A DNA stretch of 63,182 bases, filler included, from Kipferlia bialata (taxonomy: Eukaryota), in assembly GCA_003568945.1 (NCBI GenBank). It is 6 parts of 6 records of this genome, joined end to end, with 100 filler letters (N's around TTAATTAATTAA, not from the genome) between each part and the next. Parts side by side here need not be neighbours in the genome. Positions count along the whole stretch, not along the records: positions 31,656 to 42,099 come from BDIP01001423.1; positions 42,200 to 52,641 come from BDIP01001424.1; 4 more parts are not named here. One strand, given 5' to 3'. Each line of letters begins with the position of its first letter. Position 1 is the first letter of the stretch. This document shows, piece by piece, positions 36,001 to 50,861 of this stretch. Both the position numbers and the translations under genes were made by a program. The notes below the pieces were generated by a model that worked only from the letters and a program-made list of their open reading frames with translations, did no database searches and was not told the origin of the DNA.

Positions 36001-39000
36001 CATGAGTGGATACTGTGAGTGATCCACTAGAGGGGGACTCTGAGGGAGATATCGTCTGATATGCAACACCCTCTTGGCCATCAGAATCTGTACATGTCAA
36101 CTGGAATTCATACTGGAAGAAGGAAGACATAGAGTCCGCAGCAAGAACCAGGTTAGGTGTCTCCAGAGATGTTGACAGGAGAATGTCAGGACTGTCCAGA
36201 TCCAAAGTGGGGCCAGATATTTGCTCCCACAGGAATGAACATGTTGATCCAGTTAGGGATATGCAGTTACTGCGGAGAGTGGTTTGAGCTGACTCCATTG
36301 GAGTCTCAGGGCTGATGCTGATACTACAATCTAACCCGGTGTCCTCAGTAACTGTGAGGGTGACTGAGGAGTATGATGTCTCACTGTCGACAAGAGATCT
36401 TGATGCAAGGAGTCCAATCACATATTCTCCTGTATCAACGTCGGTAGTGTCAATGCATACGGTGTCTACAGCATCACTGACTACTGCAGCCGTAGATAGA
36501 GTGTCTGGTATGTCCCACTCCAGAGAGTCGTAGTGTGTAGAGCACGATGTCAGACACACTGCCTCTCCACTAACTACAGTCCTACTCTCAGCACTTATGC
36601 AACTGACTGGGTCCAGTATCTGTGACACAATCTCAATGGAGTCCTCCCCAAATGTCTCAGTGGCACTCACGTCATAACGGGCACGCACACTAATCGTGTG
36701 GGTTGTACCCTCATCGAACGATGCTGCAGGTACCGACAGATAAGCCGATGTTGACCAGACATCAGTGATACCAGCCAGGTTCTCGCAGTTATCCCCACTG
36801 CAGATCCACATAAACTCAATAGAGGTTGCATCCCAGGATGACTCATACAGAGTGGAGTGTGTGCCTTCGGCCACCAATACAAAGGCATCCTGAGAGACAG
36901 AAAGAGGGCTGCTTGCCAGTATCCGTACCTGTGGCACAGTCTGGTCAATGATCAGTACCGTCTTTGTAGCAACAGATGAGTATCCACTAGACGTCGACAG
37001 AGTCAGAGAAACCACAAGATCAGTTTCAAGCGGCAACTCGTTCTCCGCAACATCGAGTAAGAGTGTGGACTGGGCCATGTACTCGTCGCCAAGGTTAAGT
37101 CTGGCCCCATTGTATGATGGTATGGTGACACTCCACTTATAGGATACGTCACTGTTGGTCTCTGTCTCTCCCGCAGAGAGGGAGAGACTACCTGAGGAAG
37201 GGAAGGCAGTACCACCCAGAATGGATGCTTGGGGGTAACTCACTACAACAGGTTCTTGGATGATGACTGCATGTGGGGTCTTAAGGTGACCAGGGTATTG
37301 GATTAGGTCATAATACTCGGCATCCGAGTCAACTTGTGGCAATACAGCAATGGTCTCGGAGAGGATGAGTGACCCTCCACTTGATATCTGAGCTGTGTCA
37401 ATATCACTACCAAGCAGTACAGTGAGAGTACTACCGACACCCCTGGTAAGTGACACATCTGACAAGTAGCACTGAGGGTCTGTGCCCAGCCAGGACACAT
37501 CAGCTAGCAGGTCATCACAGGATACAGTGCCGATGGTGGCGTCCAGTGATAGCTCTGGGAGGGAGAGAGATATGCGGCTGTAGTTGCCAGACCACACTGC
37601 TGTTGCATCATCATGCATCACACAGACACTCACTGTGGTAGAGGCTGTATCCCCATTGGATGTTGTAGCCTCGACTAGGATAGTGGTAAAGATATCCACC
37701 TCTAGGGTCAGTGTTGGATCGACCTCCAGTACCAGACTGCTCAGACAACTGTTGATGTCATCGACTAACCCGTTCCATACACAAGTGGTTATTCCGTCAT
37801 CGGTAATAGTAATGTCAGCAAATGACTCTGCTATCCACTGCAGAGTGCCGTCTGCCAGGGGGTTACCATCCTCATCCCAGAGGCCATCAACCATTGACAC
37901 TGTCACTTCCAGAATCTCATTGATATCTCTGTACTCAACCAGTGGCAGTATCGAGATATCCAAGACCTTACTTACGTAGAGTGTGCCGTCGTACTGGATG
38001 AAGGTAGGAAATTCCGGTATCATTGTGACCTCAATTGGCGATGTTACTATGTCCCAATCCCCATGGATAGTGTCAAGGACACTGATGGATAGCGTGTCTG
38101 TGCCATAGAACTCTAAGGGAGGAGAGTATGTCACACTGTCCATTAGAGTGCTCAGGTCCACAGATGTACCAGTCAGGCACAGAGACCCTTCCACCACTGT
38201 GGTCTCTGCTGAGGAATGCAGTGTACCGTACTCTACCGACAAGCAGCCAGTAAGACTCTCATCATCGTATGGTGCGTGCTCAAAGGTGATACCGGAAAGA
38301 ACAGTGGTACTCCCCTCCTCTACAGTCAAGGAGGGTACTGTCACTTGTGCTGTATACTCTACCACAGTAAATGTAGTAGTTGTGCCAGTGAGTGTCTGAT
38401 TCTCTACAAGTAGAGTCAGTTTGTATTCCCCGAGGTCTGCAAGTATAGTGGAGCCAAGTGTACATGACTGCTGTAGATCCTCTCCTTGAGACATAGTGAG
38501 TGTCTGTGATCTCACATAGTCTCCGAGATCAATGGATACCCTGACATACACTGTCTGCGATGTGACCGTGTTACCAAACTGGTCACGGACAGTAGCCAGT
38601 ACGTCCAGGTCGGTTCCGGAGAGTTGGGTAGATTGGTCACCTGGAGTGACAATCTCAGACATGGCACCGGAAGCGGCACCGTGGCCGATGGTAAGGGATT
38701 CTTCTGTTGTTGGGTACTCTGTACCTTCTAGACTCAACACCATCGAGTAGCTCCCACCGACTGTCAGTGCTGAAGTCTCACCGGTGTACAGGGAGAGAGT
38801 GTCGCTGTAGGACAATGGGAGTGAGAGGACCAAGTCAGAGTCTGATGCATAAACATTGAGAGCAACAGTAACGCCTGTGGGTATTGTGTTACGACATCCA
38901 TCAAGTACTGCGGCAGCCAGACTGAGTACATCATCAGGACTGTGCACCTCTGTAACAGGAACAATGGAACTCTCATAGGGCGACATGGCGCCAACAGTCA

Positions 39001-42000
39001 CCGTCACTATAGCTGTGCCCAGGGTAATACCGTCGACTTCAAGAGATACCGTGTAGACTCCGACAACCCCAAAGTCACTGACGGTCGATGTAGTGTATGA
39101 GTATTGATCGTCATCGGTATATAGCAGGGTGTACGGGCCAGTATCCACATATCCAGCAGGACCATCTGTGACAGAAATAGTAACAGAGCAGGAGTCTGGT
39201 ATGATGTTTCCATACTGGTCCCGTACGTATACTACCAGGGACACACTAGTACATGCAGTGTGTTGTGTGTCGTCAATGTGTGTAAAGGAAGTGGTGCCAT
39301 CAGCATAGGGGATGTCAGGAAGGACTTCAAACTGGACACATGACTTTTGAAGCAAGACTCCATCCACCTCCAGACACACATCATAGGAGCCTGCCAGAGT
39401 GAAGTCGGAAGGGGAAGTCGATCGTCTGAAAGCACCATCAACGTAAGACAGAACCAGTGAAGTGTCAAAGTATTCTTCTGTGCTGGACGAGACCTTGGCT
39501 GTAACAGGTAGGTCAGTGACCTCATTCTCATAGGCGTCTCTCACATACGCTGTAAAGACAGCCACCGTCTTAGCAGTGATATCAGGCATGCTTGGGATGT
39601 ATGAGAAGGTAGTTGTGCCATCTGATACAGCAGCACCAGGCACAACAGATAGGGTCTCTGCGGAGTGGGCTAGCTGAATACCATCCACAAGAAGAGTCAT
39701 AGTGTAGTCACCAGTTAGAACAAAGAACTGTCCTAGTATGGCAGCCTCATTGACTGTCACATAGTGACCCAATCCGGTGTGAACTAATTCTAAAGAGCCA
39801 GGACCAGTGTATCCAGAGACATCAGTTGTGACCTCAATGGAAACTACACCACTGGTGACTGGGTTGTTGAACTGATCAGCAATGTTCGCAGTCAATGTAA
39901 GAGTAGAGCCTGGCACATGGGAGGATAGGGAGTCACATGTAAGGCTGGAGTATGCCCCATCTTGCGCCAATCCGTGGGCGGTCTCGAAAGTCACCGAGGT
40001 CTCTGGATACGCTGTGCCATCCACACTCAGCTCCATCGTGTAGATACCAGACACGGTGACATCATTAGTGACACTCGTGTACCCGGATTCACCGGAGGAG
40101 TAAAAGAGGGCAGTTGACGCAACCAGTGTAGGAGTAGAGTCGTAAATGTTGACGGCTACATCATATCCACTGGATATCGGATTCCCACATGCATCGGCTA
40201 AAGTTGCAGAGAGAGTGAGGGCAGAGTCTGGGTTGTGTGGGGAGGGAATTTCCACTAGTGTGCTCTGTCCAACAGCGAATGGACCGACACCCACAGTGAC
40301 CACAGCTGTGTCCAGTGTCGAGCTCTCGACTTCAAGAGAAATCGTGTAGGATCCTACCAACCCGAGAGTGCTCAGTGTGGTAATTGTGTACTGACCATTG
40401 CCGGTGTTGGTCAGGGAATACGGCCCAGTGGTCTCATATCCACAGGGGGCATCAGTTATGGACACTGTCACAGTGCCAGAGTCTAGAATGGGGTTCCCAA
40501 ACTGGTCCCGCACATAGCCAGAGAGAGTGAGAGGGGCGCACGCGGTGTGGGTCCCGCCCTCCAGATACGTGTAGCTAGTAGTGCCATCAGAGTATGGCAC
40601 ATCAGGCAGCACTTCAAAGGTGATATTCGAGAGTGGCAGCTCTACACCCTCTACCTCCAGGCATACTGTATAGGTACCAGCCACTGTGAAGACAGAGGTG
40701 GAGGTGGTGAGCCTGTAGGCACCAGCAGAGTACGACAAGGGAAGGGGAGTGGGTGTGTACCCTGCAGGACTTACTCTCACACTGACGGTTACACCAAGAT
40801 CAGATATCTCATTCTGATTGACATCCCTCACGTAGGCAGTCAGTTCGACAGCCTCACCAGCTGTGATGTCGGGCAGGTCAGTAATGTATGAGTAGGTTGT
40901 AGAACCATCTGCTATAGCAGTACTTGTCACAACTGTGAGTGTCACTGCTGTAGTTGGTAGGGCAACACCATCCGCCTTGAGAGTCAGCGTGTAGTCACCC
41001 GCCAGTGTGAAGTGACCTCCCAGTGTTGCAGCGTCCATGGTTGGGGTGTAGTGGCCACCGGCAGTGTGTGTCATTGCAATTGATACAGGCCCAGTGTACC
41101 CTGCCACAGTGGTAATGACATCGATTGTGACTACACCACTGGTGACTGGGTTGTTGAACTGATCACCAATATCAGCAGTGAGTGTAAGACTGGAGCTAGA
41201 GGCATGGGAACCGAGATCAGGACAAGTTATACTGGAGTTGGCCCCATCATGGGCTGATCCATGACCAGTTGTGAATGCCTCCACTGCTGATGGGTAGGCA
41301 GTACCATCAACACTCAGCTCCACAGTGTATTCTCCAGATACTGTGACAGCAGTTGTGTCACAGGAGTACTTGAACACACCAGCAGAGTAGTATAACTCTG
41401 GAGATGCAACAAGTGATGACGCGGAGTCATAGATGTTGACGGCTACCGTATAGCCACTGGATATGGCATTACTACAGGCATCAGCCAGGGTGGCCGTTAT
41501 AGTGAGAGCAGAGTCTGGGTTGTGGACAGAGGCGATTAGTACTATACTGCTGTCGGCGGCAGAGACGGATCCAACACCAACTGTGACAGAGGCAGTATCC
41601 AGAGGTGTGCCGTCCACACTGAGGGATATCGTGTAGGTTCCCGCCAGTCCGAAGTCATTTGCATCGAGGGTAGTGTCTGTGTACTGACCGTCCGTCGTGT
41701 GTGTCAGGGTGTATGGACCTCTGTCTACATACTCACCAGGCCCCTCAGTGATGGAGACAGTGACAGGGTCAGCAGTTGGAATGCCATTGCCATACTGGTC
41801 TCTCACATAGGCAGCGAGTGTCAATGGTGTACACGCACTATGTGCCTCAGCTTGCACATGCGTGTAGGTTGCAGTGCCGTCGAAGTACGGCTCATCAGGC
41901 AGCACCTCAAAGGTGACATCTGCTAGTCCTAACTCAGTACCATCAACCTCCAGACAGATCGTGAAGGATCCAGCCACAGTGAACTCGGTAGCAGGGGCGG

Positions 42001-42099
42001 TAAGCCTGTATGCCCCTGCCGAGTATGTGAGGCTGAGGGTGGTTCCAGTGTAGCCGGCAGGGCTGGACGTGACCTTGGCCACCACAGCCGCAGTCGATA
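33034..42099 (-). CDS. Giant polycystin-1-like receptor: Ig-like repeats + cadherin-like + REJ + GAIN/GPS + 5 TM, 5'-truncated
   Basis: An ~8-kb open exon (34109-42099) carries repeated LTAYVRDQYGN Ig units, REJ-like segments (FLWEQISGP, PSSGSLTVS, LKYTFTY, LYLPIGDY), GPS-like AWDGTAWSESG...DHFTSF and TM1. Further exons give HEWSALVF...RRVTNIF..TSAMFF and LLYSMKF...AW...QDAVVNDPIKIL, ending VDLGFV* (stop 33034-33036). Confidence 0.85.
34023..34108 (-). other. GC-AG intron
   Basis: AAG|GCAAGT donor and TTACACAG| acceptor join ERFIK|AKVQHIQ in frame. Confidence 0.75.
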
Positions 42100-42199
42100 N
42101 NNNNNNNNNNNNNNNNNNNNNNNNNNNNNNNNNNNNNNNNNNNTTAATTAATTAANNNNNNNNNNNNNNNNNNNNNNNNNNNNNNNNNNNNNNNNNNNN
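42100..42199. other. Artificial scaffold linker
   Basis: TTAATTAATTAA at 42144-42155. Confidence 0.97.
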
Positions 42200-42254
<55 letters not shown>

Positions 42255-42409
42255 CTGATGGTACTTATATACTGTATGGTAATCAAATATTTCAAGTATA
42301 TGTTATAGTGTAACCATGTCATTGTTATTCATTTTGCATTACATTGCACATTGCCACAAAAGTGTCGTTCTTTTCATCTATATACCTATTGTACTATGAC
42401 TCTTACCTC

Positions 42410-42433
42410 TAGATTGCCCTTGAGACTGACTGG

Positions 42434-42479
<46 letters not shown>

Positions 42480-44888
42480 TATATACTATACTATATATAC
42501 TATATATATATATACTAAATGTATAGCTGATACTCAGATTGCCCTGGAGACTGACTGGGCATTTGGGTCTATATGTATATACTATAGTATATATATTATA
42601 TATACTATTTAAATATTCTTAGTATATATGTCTGACTCTTAGATTGCCCTTGAGACTGACTGGGCATTTGGGTCCGTAGTTGCAATAGGGGAGACATACA
42701 TGGTAGCATCCGCCAAGCATGGTATGGCAGTGCATATTTCAGTATATTTCTATATATGTAGAGAGAGAGGGTAGGAGACATACATGGTGGCATCATCGAA
42801 GAATGGTATGAGAGTGTGACAAACTCTCTCTCTCTCCCTCTCTCTCTCTTCCTCTCTCTCGGGAGCGGGTAGTTTATATCCCATTATTGTTCACTCTATA
42901 TATCACTATACCCTTACCCATTCAGGCCTCTATGTATCTGCCCTATCTGACTCTGGGGAGGGGGCATTATTAAGATATATACATATAGTAGATTTATACA
43001 TGGCTATGTATGATTATATAACACCAGGCCTGTATGTGTCTGCCCTGTCTGACGATGGGGAGTGGGTTATATATATATGTGTGTGTGTATATATAGTATT
43101 ATAACACCAGGCCTGTATGTGTCTGCCCTGTCTGACGATGGGGAGTGGGGTAGTGCCATGGCAGTCAGTGCACCACAGGGTATGGATACATATACATATG
43201 TATATATAGAAATATTCAGTTATGTATAATGTGTATATCATTGCCATAAACACATAAATACCAGTGTGTGCCTCAAAAGCTATGTGTAACTATTGTTATG
43301 TATATAAATTCCTTGTCAGCTATATTGGTGAATGTATGTTCTATGTATTGTGTTCAATGACACACTCTTCTCACCCTATAGATATTGCTCTACTTTCTAT
43401 ATATTTATATATATATGTATACATATTACCCATCCTCACTCCCATGCACTCTCTGGGGTGGCCTGAGTGCACTGGCCCATGAGGGGGACACACTGGCAGT
43501 AGGTATGTGTGTACATGGGTGTATATTTCTATATATACATCTATATAGAGAGAGACTTTGTACTGCATGGGGGGGGACACAATGGCAATAGGTGGGTGGC
43601 GTACTATTGGGTCTTGTTTTTGTTATCACGTGAAAATGTAGATACTGATGTAGCGCACTAGACGTGTCCACATTGTACGTGTTTATATATAGGTGAGTAT
43701 ATATGTATGTGTCTTATGTGTACCTGTCTAACCGCAGAGGCTGTAGGTAAGCCTCTTAATATATATATGTATACATAGGTGTATATCAGTATGTACATAT
43801 TACTATTATGTATGTGTCTTTCGTGTGCCGGGTTTATATATGAGATAGATATGGGTATATATACATATATATATGTATGTCTTATGTGTGCCTCTCTAAC
43901 CGCAGAGGCTGTCGCTGACGATGTCACCGACTATGAGGATGGTCTTCCACTGGTACGGTAATATATATACACTATATATATATATACTATATACATCACG
44001 CCCTCCCTGATGCCACTGCCTATCCACTAGGATGGTCTTCCACTGGTACGGTATTCTTGTGTATCTAGCGATTATTGTTTGTTATTAGTAATGTATATTA
44101 GTATTCTTAATACATTAAGTGTGACGATGGTCTTCCACTGGTACGGTGCTGTATACTGAGTTAGTATATAAATATATATATATGAATATATGGATGTATG
44201 CATACATATATGGATAGTCTTTCACTGGTACGGTATTGAATGTATACATGCACACATATATACATTGATTCTATTGGAGTAAAGTATGTATTAAACTCTA
44301 ATGTGTATATGAGTACTATGATACAAATCCTATATTTTGGCATTCCTTTTTGTATATACTCCCGCACATATGACACGTAAGATTTCTATGTATGACACAT
44401 TATTTCAACTGTTCATACTTCAACTTTAGGTGGTTATCTATCTTGTTTGTAGCCAATTCTAGCCGGTTATGTATCTAACTCTAGGTTGTTGTCTTCTCCA
44501 CCAACATCCCTGAGTGGTGGACAGAGGGCAACGTGGCAATGGCACAGGTATATTTACATATATATAGTAACCTATACATATAATGATGCATGTATAGTCC
44601 CCCTAGTGAATGTGTGTGAAGAGAACTATTATGCCATATATTGATTCTCTCTCTCTCTCTGTCTCTCTTTGTCTGTGCGTAATCCAGCGTCTGACATTCC
44701 CTGTCTGTTCCTCTGGTCTATATGTACATAATAATATAGGAAATAGTATATATTATTAATACAATAATATGTATATATAGTATTATATATATAATATATA
44801 TATTATATATATTATATATATTGTATATAGACCAGAGGCATGTATACATATTTCTTAACTCTTCTTACCCAAGCGTTTCACCTCCCGT

Positions 44889-44939
<51 letters not shown>

Positions 44940-45708
44940 ATACATATATATATATAAACATAAATATACTCCTTACCCCCAGCGTCTCACCTCCCCTGTC
45001 CACTCTAGTGACACTATCCAGTCCTATGGGGTGTCGATATCACTGCCCTATTGCAATGAGGGACAGAGGCCGGCATTCCTAGGTGTATATATATATATAC
45101 AAATATATGTGTGTATAATTGTATATATATATATATATATATATTTGTGTGTATATATATGTATATATATATAATTACTCTACTATTAGGACAGAGGCCG
45201 GCATTCCTAGGTGCCTTTCTCTATGGATATAAGAAAATGTATAATAGTGTATGTAGATGCTTACATATATCACTCACACACTGTTACCCAGGGGACGAAG
45301 CCCACATTCCTAGGAAAGTTTGCATATGTAATATACATTAATTGTACATTTACATTAGAGTATGTATATAGATGTCCTGTGAGCGGTACTCTTTCTTCTT
45401 GTAACCCCTAGCCGTTGGCGAGCCCTCCAAGACTGTGATGGGCATGGAGATATACCACTATATATATGTATGTATATTAATATATCAAGACTGTGATAGT
45501 ATGTGTATATACATACTATATTACTATACCTGACTCCCAGCCGTTGGCGAGCCCTCCAAGACCGTGATGGGCATGGAGATATACCACTATATATATGTAT
45601 GTATATCTCTCTGGAATTGTATATATAAATATATCATCTTGTCTACAACACTTTCTCTCCTTACCCCTAGCCGTTGGCGAGCCCTCCAAGACTGTGATGG
45701 GCTTGGAG

Positions 45709-45739
<31 letters not shown>

Positions 45740-48700
45740 CAAGACTGTGATTGTATGTGTATATATATACTATATTACTATGCCTGACTCCCAGCCGTTG
45801 GCGAGCCCTCCAAGACCGTGATGGGCATGGAAGAGGGGGGGCTGGTGCACATATACACGGCAGATGGTATGGATATAAATTATAATAAATATAAATATAT
45901 ACGTGTGTGTGATATAATATATATATGTATATATATATATATGGACTGGTGCACATATACACGGCAGATGGTATGTGTATGTATCATTATTATATATATG
46001 TATACATATATATATATATATATATACGTGTGTGTGATATAATATATATATGTATATATATATATATATGTGGACTGGTGCACATATACACGGCAGATGG
46101 TATGTACATGTATTTTTCACCTATATATATATGTGTGTGTGTGTGTGTGTATGTATATATATATGTGTAAAGACTTGACTATATATACTATGTGGTCGAC
46201 TGGTGCACAAATACACGGTAGACGGTATGTACATGTATACTTATATATGTGTGTATGTATGTGTGTGTATGTGTTTTGTATATACTTGAATATATATACT
46301 GTATATATGCTGGTGCACATATACACGGAAGACAGTTCAGTATACACAATGTATGTGTATGACTATCTTATCACCATTGGCAGTGTGTATTCATGTATGA
46401 AAGACACATTTGTATGGGTATTCTGTAAGAAATGTATATGTGGGTATAACTGATTAACCAGTTACCCTCCTCACCCTCAGTTGGCTTCTACCAGTATCAC
46501 ACCTCTCTGTCACAGGCACCGGTCACCACAGGGGCACACTTTGGGTGGAAGGTACGCGGTTTATGTGTGAATATATACTCATGCGTAGTGTATATACGTT
46601 TGCATACAGATATCTTCGGTCTCCATCGTCACTCTGACTGTTTCTCTTGCAGATTGAGTTCTCTCTATATCGATATGTACTCTGTATGCAGTAACACTCT
46701 AGGTCTCCATGGGCGCCTTCACTGTTGCCGGTGCATTCACCTATCTTCCAATATGGATCCATACACATACATAATTACACTAAGCACATATTCACACTGT
46801 ATATTCACGCATCAGGTCTCCATGGGCGCCCTTGCTGTCGCTGTCGCCGGTGGCTATGGCTCAGACACCTATGTCACACTGTACAAGATGGATCCCAATG
46901 TCGGTGCATTCATACCGGTACTCGATAAGTGGACAGGTGGGGGTATATACATAGTATGTGTATATACACATATATCATTCTCCAGTCTCCTGTGTGAAGA
47001 CTCTAGGTACTATATGTGTAAGCACTATTCATTTGGAGGTAAGATGGTCTGATCCCAGGTTCCGTATCCTCTCTCGCCCTCCCTCCCTCTGGAGACGAGG
47101 TCTATATAGGGGCACCTACCTCAACAGAGGAAGGTACACACAAAGAGGGAGAGGGAGAGAGAGAGATATCTCGAGAGGGAGTTGGAAAGGACCTAGATGG
47201 TGGGTTCCATGGGGGTGTTCTGCCCCTGTCACAACTGTATGTGTACATTGATACCTTCGTACGCCCTGTAGAGGGCACGTTCCAGTGCTGCCAGCCACTG
47301 GGAGGTATGTGTATGGATATATATATGGTATATATATATATGTGTGTATGATCCAGTGCTGCCAGTCACTGGGGGGTATGTGTATGGTGATGTATATGGT
47401 ACATCGACATATGTATGTATATTGCAAGTATATACATGGAATATCCCCAAACTTCACATCCTTCTATAGCAAGGATGCCTACGGATATATGTGGATATAC
47501 GTATAGATAGATATATGTATATAGCATAAGCATTCATATCCTGTAACCCCAGACCCCATGTCCTTCTATGTCAAGGATGCCAACGGATATATATATATGA
47601 ACACACACATATACCTATATGTGTACTTATATGTACAGCATATGTATGTGGCATATCCCATATCTTAAAACCCCAGCCCCCATGTCGTTCTTTGTCAAGG
47701 ATGCCTACGGGGGGTTCATCAGTGAGGATATGTCGGACAAATTGAAGGTATGGTACCTTTATGCTACTCATATATATTGTATACATTCATATATAGAGAC
47801 ATATGACCCAGTGTCTCTGGACATCAATGAGGACATGTAGGACAAGTTGAAGGTACATGGTACAGGGTATATAATGGATATATATATGTATGTTTCCATG
47901 TATAGTATGTCTATATTATTGTATTATGTATTTGTATTGATATGGGATGGATATTTGTGGATACGTATATTGGTATTGTATTCACACGAATCCGTATGGG
48001 ATCATGTCACTGGGGACATGTCAGACACGCACCTGTTAGGCATTTACGGATATACATATATATATAGTATTATCATGTATGTATACCTGCACCCCCTGCT
48101 ACATCCTAATACCGAGTATAATTGGACATTGACACAGAGCAGTGAATACATTTGAACAAAATGATTTCATATAGATGACTCTCTCCCTCTATATATATAT
48201 ATATATATATGTGTGTGTATGTACTGATATGCCCTTCTCACCCAGGTCTATTGGGACATTGACACTGACCACCTGTACCCCCAGCCCATCACACACATAG
48301 AGGGTGTGTATGGTGATGGGACCCCTGTCATTGGCAAGTACGATGTGGACGTGACATCACCAGCAGAGATAGGTACATATGTGTATATATGGATGTATAC
48401 ATATATAGAGAGAGAGTACATAGAGCACGGAGACCAGTGTATGGGGGGACCTGTCATGGGGCCTGGAATAAGACTGTGTATACACATGTATATACACACC
48501 AATAATATTGTAATATTATAATACTCAGGCAGCCACGGCATCACTGTGTATATATGTATATATATACTGTATATATACCGTATATATACAGATATATACT
48601 TATACCCATACCCTATGTTCATAGTCTATATACCCTAACACACTTAGGCAGCCAGGGCATCACCGTATATCTTGACGGTCTCCCAGCCGCCAAGGCATAC

Positions 48701-50861
48701 AACACCGTATACTCCTACACATGCCCATCCCTATCCACCGTAGAGGGAGGGGGGGTGGAGGGGGAGTCATTCCCCTTGAGTGTTACCTTAGTGGATGGCT
48801 GTGGCACACCTAGAACATCAGGTATCCATTGAGTGTACATTGAGTGTATTACTATCCACCATAGAGGGAGGGGGAGTGGAAGGGGAGTCCTTTGAGCTTA
48901 GTGTCACCTTAGTGGATGGCTGTGGCACACCTAGGAAATCAGGTAACAATATGTAATTCTGTGTTGTTTATGTATAGTGTACATATATATTGTGTACCAC
49001 TGCTTGATGGCTGTGGCACACCTAGGACGTCAGGCACTCAATTTATACACATGACGTGTAGTATTACACAATAGTCTAGTGCACAACGGACCGTATTGAC
49101 TTCACTGCTACAGTGTAATGTACATATTAATTGGAGAGTATTCATATTGTGAATATATATTGTAGTGATTGATAAATATTACTTTCTCTTGTCCCCAGAC
49201 AACAGCCAGGCTGTGGTGGTATAGAAGGAATATAGGTTATACATACACGCACATATATAGTATATATATACACTAGAAGTTTACAATATATTTCTATATG
49301 TACTAATATATATCATACTAACATGCATCATTGACCCCACATACTACCCAGTCTGTTGTGGTGTCAGACAAGGACACAGATAACCTCTACTCTACTATCA
49401 TATACAATTCACTATACACTATCGGTCTACAATCTTCTTTCCTCTCTTACAGTCAGATACCAGCCAGGCCTTGGTTGTGGTGGTGTCAGACAAGGACACA
49501 GACACCGAAGTGTTCTCTGACATCGCATACGACTACGGTACCGGTACGTACACCATATATATGGATATACACACACCTATATATATATGTGTGCGTGTGT
49601 ATATACATGTATATACATATATCATTTGTCTTCTAGTCAGATGTGACTGAGTGTTTCTCTCCATACTGTATTATCTCCCTTGTTCTTTACTCTTACTGTC
49701 CAGGCGTGTATGTCACCACTGTGACACCTCTAGAGGAGGGTGTCTATACGGCAGCGGTATATACAGAGGGAGAGAAGGTGCGTTTGTTTGTGTATGATTA
49801 TCCATACTCCAGTTGGGAACAACTCAATGGCAACAGACTGTATTGGCATAGTCCTGTTATGTTAGTATATTTCAAATGTCATTTGTATCTACACTTGCAT
49901 TCTAACACCCAGGTCTCCAGCGATATATACATATGCCAGCAGACTGTGCCAGAGAATGATAATTGTAATTCATCATATATATAACCACTGGGTCTAGTAA
50001 ATCTTCATTTAGATATATATATATCTATATATCTACTTCTAACACCCAGGTCTCCAGCGATATATACATATGCCAGCAGACCGTGTCGGATAGTGTCCAT
50101 CTGAGTAACCAGTCGGCACTGGCGGTACCAACCATCGTTACAGTGGGGGACAAGGTGGGTGGTCACGAATGTATATATGCATAGTTCTCACCTACATATA
50201 ACCCCAGGTCACAGCCACCGTCTCTGTTGTTACCCTTAAGACTGGTCCCACTATATATGTATCTCTCTCTCTCTGTGTGTATGTATATAGATATGGACGT
50301 TCATATCTCATCCTAGGTCACTGCAACCGTGTCACTAGTTACCCTTGAGACTGGCCAACTACATCTGACTCTCTCTCTCTATCTCTCCATGTTTCTCTCT
50401 ATATATATATATATCTCATCCTAGGTCACAGCCACTCTCTCCCTTGTTACCCTTGAGACTGGTCCTACTGTGTCAGTATCCCCTGTCCGTATAGACATAG
50501 ACACTGCATCATACACCATGCATGCAGAGGGAGAGCTCTATACTGCAGATGTGGTGTTTAATGAAATAGGTAATGATGTGTGACAATACCGAGATAGGTG
50601 TGTGATTAATTCCTATCCTCTTTTACTCTAGGATCTGCTTCCGTCTCTGTCTTTGTGGCCGGTTCCGACACCCCTCTAATATCCACCCACATAGAGGTTG
50701 ATGGCATACCACCAGAAACTGGCATTAGCATATCAGCAATTGTCGGGTGGTGTCTGCTAGTGATACTGGGTATATACACTGTGGTTAGGGAGCTAGCACT
50801 AGCCAGGGTGAGGAGGAAGAGGTATAGCATGCTGGCCAATGGCCTTGCCAAGAAGATGTGA
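42410..50861 (+). CDS. Type I membrane protein with FG-GAP-like propeller repeats and Ig-like stalk (integrin-alpha-like architecture), 5'-truncated, about 20 exons
   Basis: Exons WAFGSVVAIGETYMVASA, EGDTLAVG, SYGVSISL..FLAVGEP...GLVHIY, AHFGWKVSM, EVYIGAP. Ig-like units FFVKDAYGG, VTLVDGCGTP, GVYVTTVTPLEEGVYTAAV. TM SAIVGWCLLVILGIYTVV, then basic tail RVRRKRYSML..KKM*. Confidence 0.65.

Noticed and set aside
34077..41926. Plus-strand ORFs overlapping the giant gene
   Set aside because: They are antisense shadows of the long coding exon with no recognisable motifs.
44821..46453. Numerous 60-130 aa ORFs rich in YI/IY/LS/RE
   Set aside because: They are translations of (TA)n and (GA)n microsatellites in introns.
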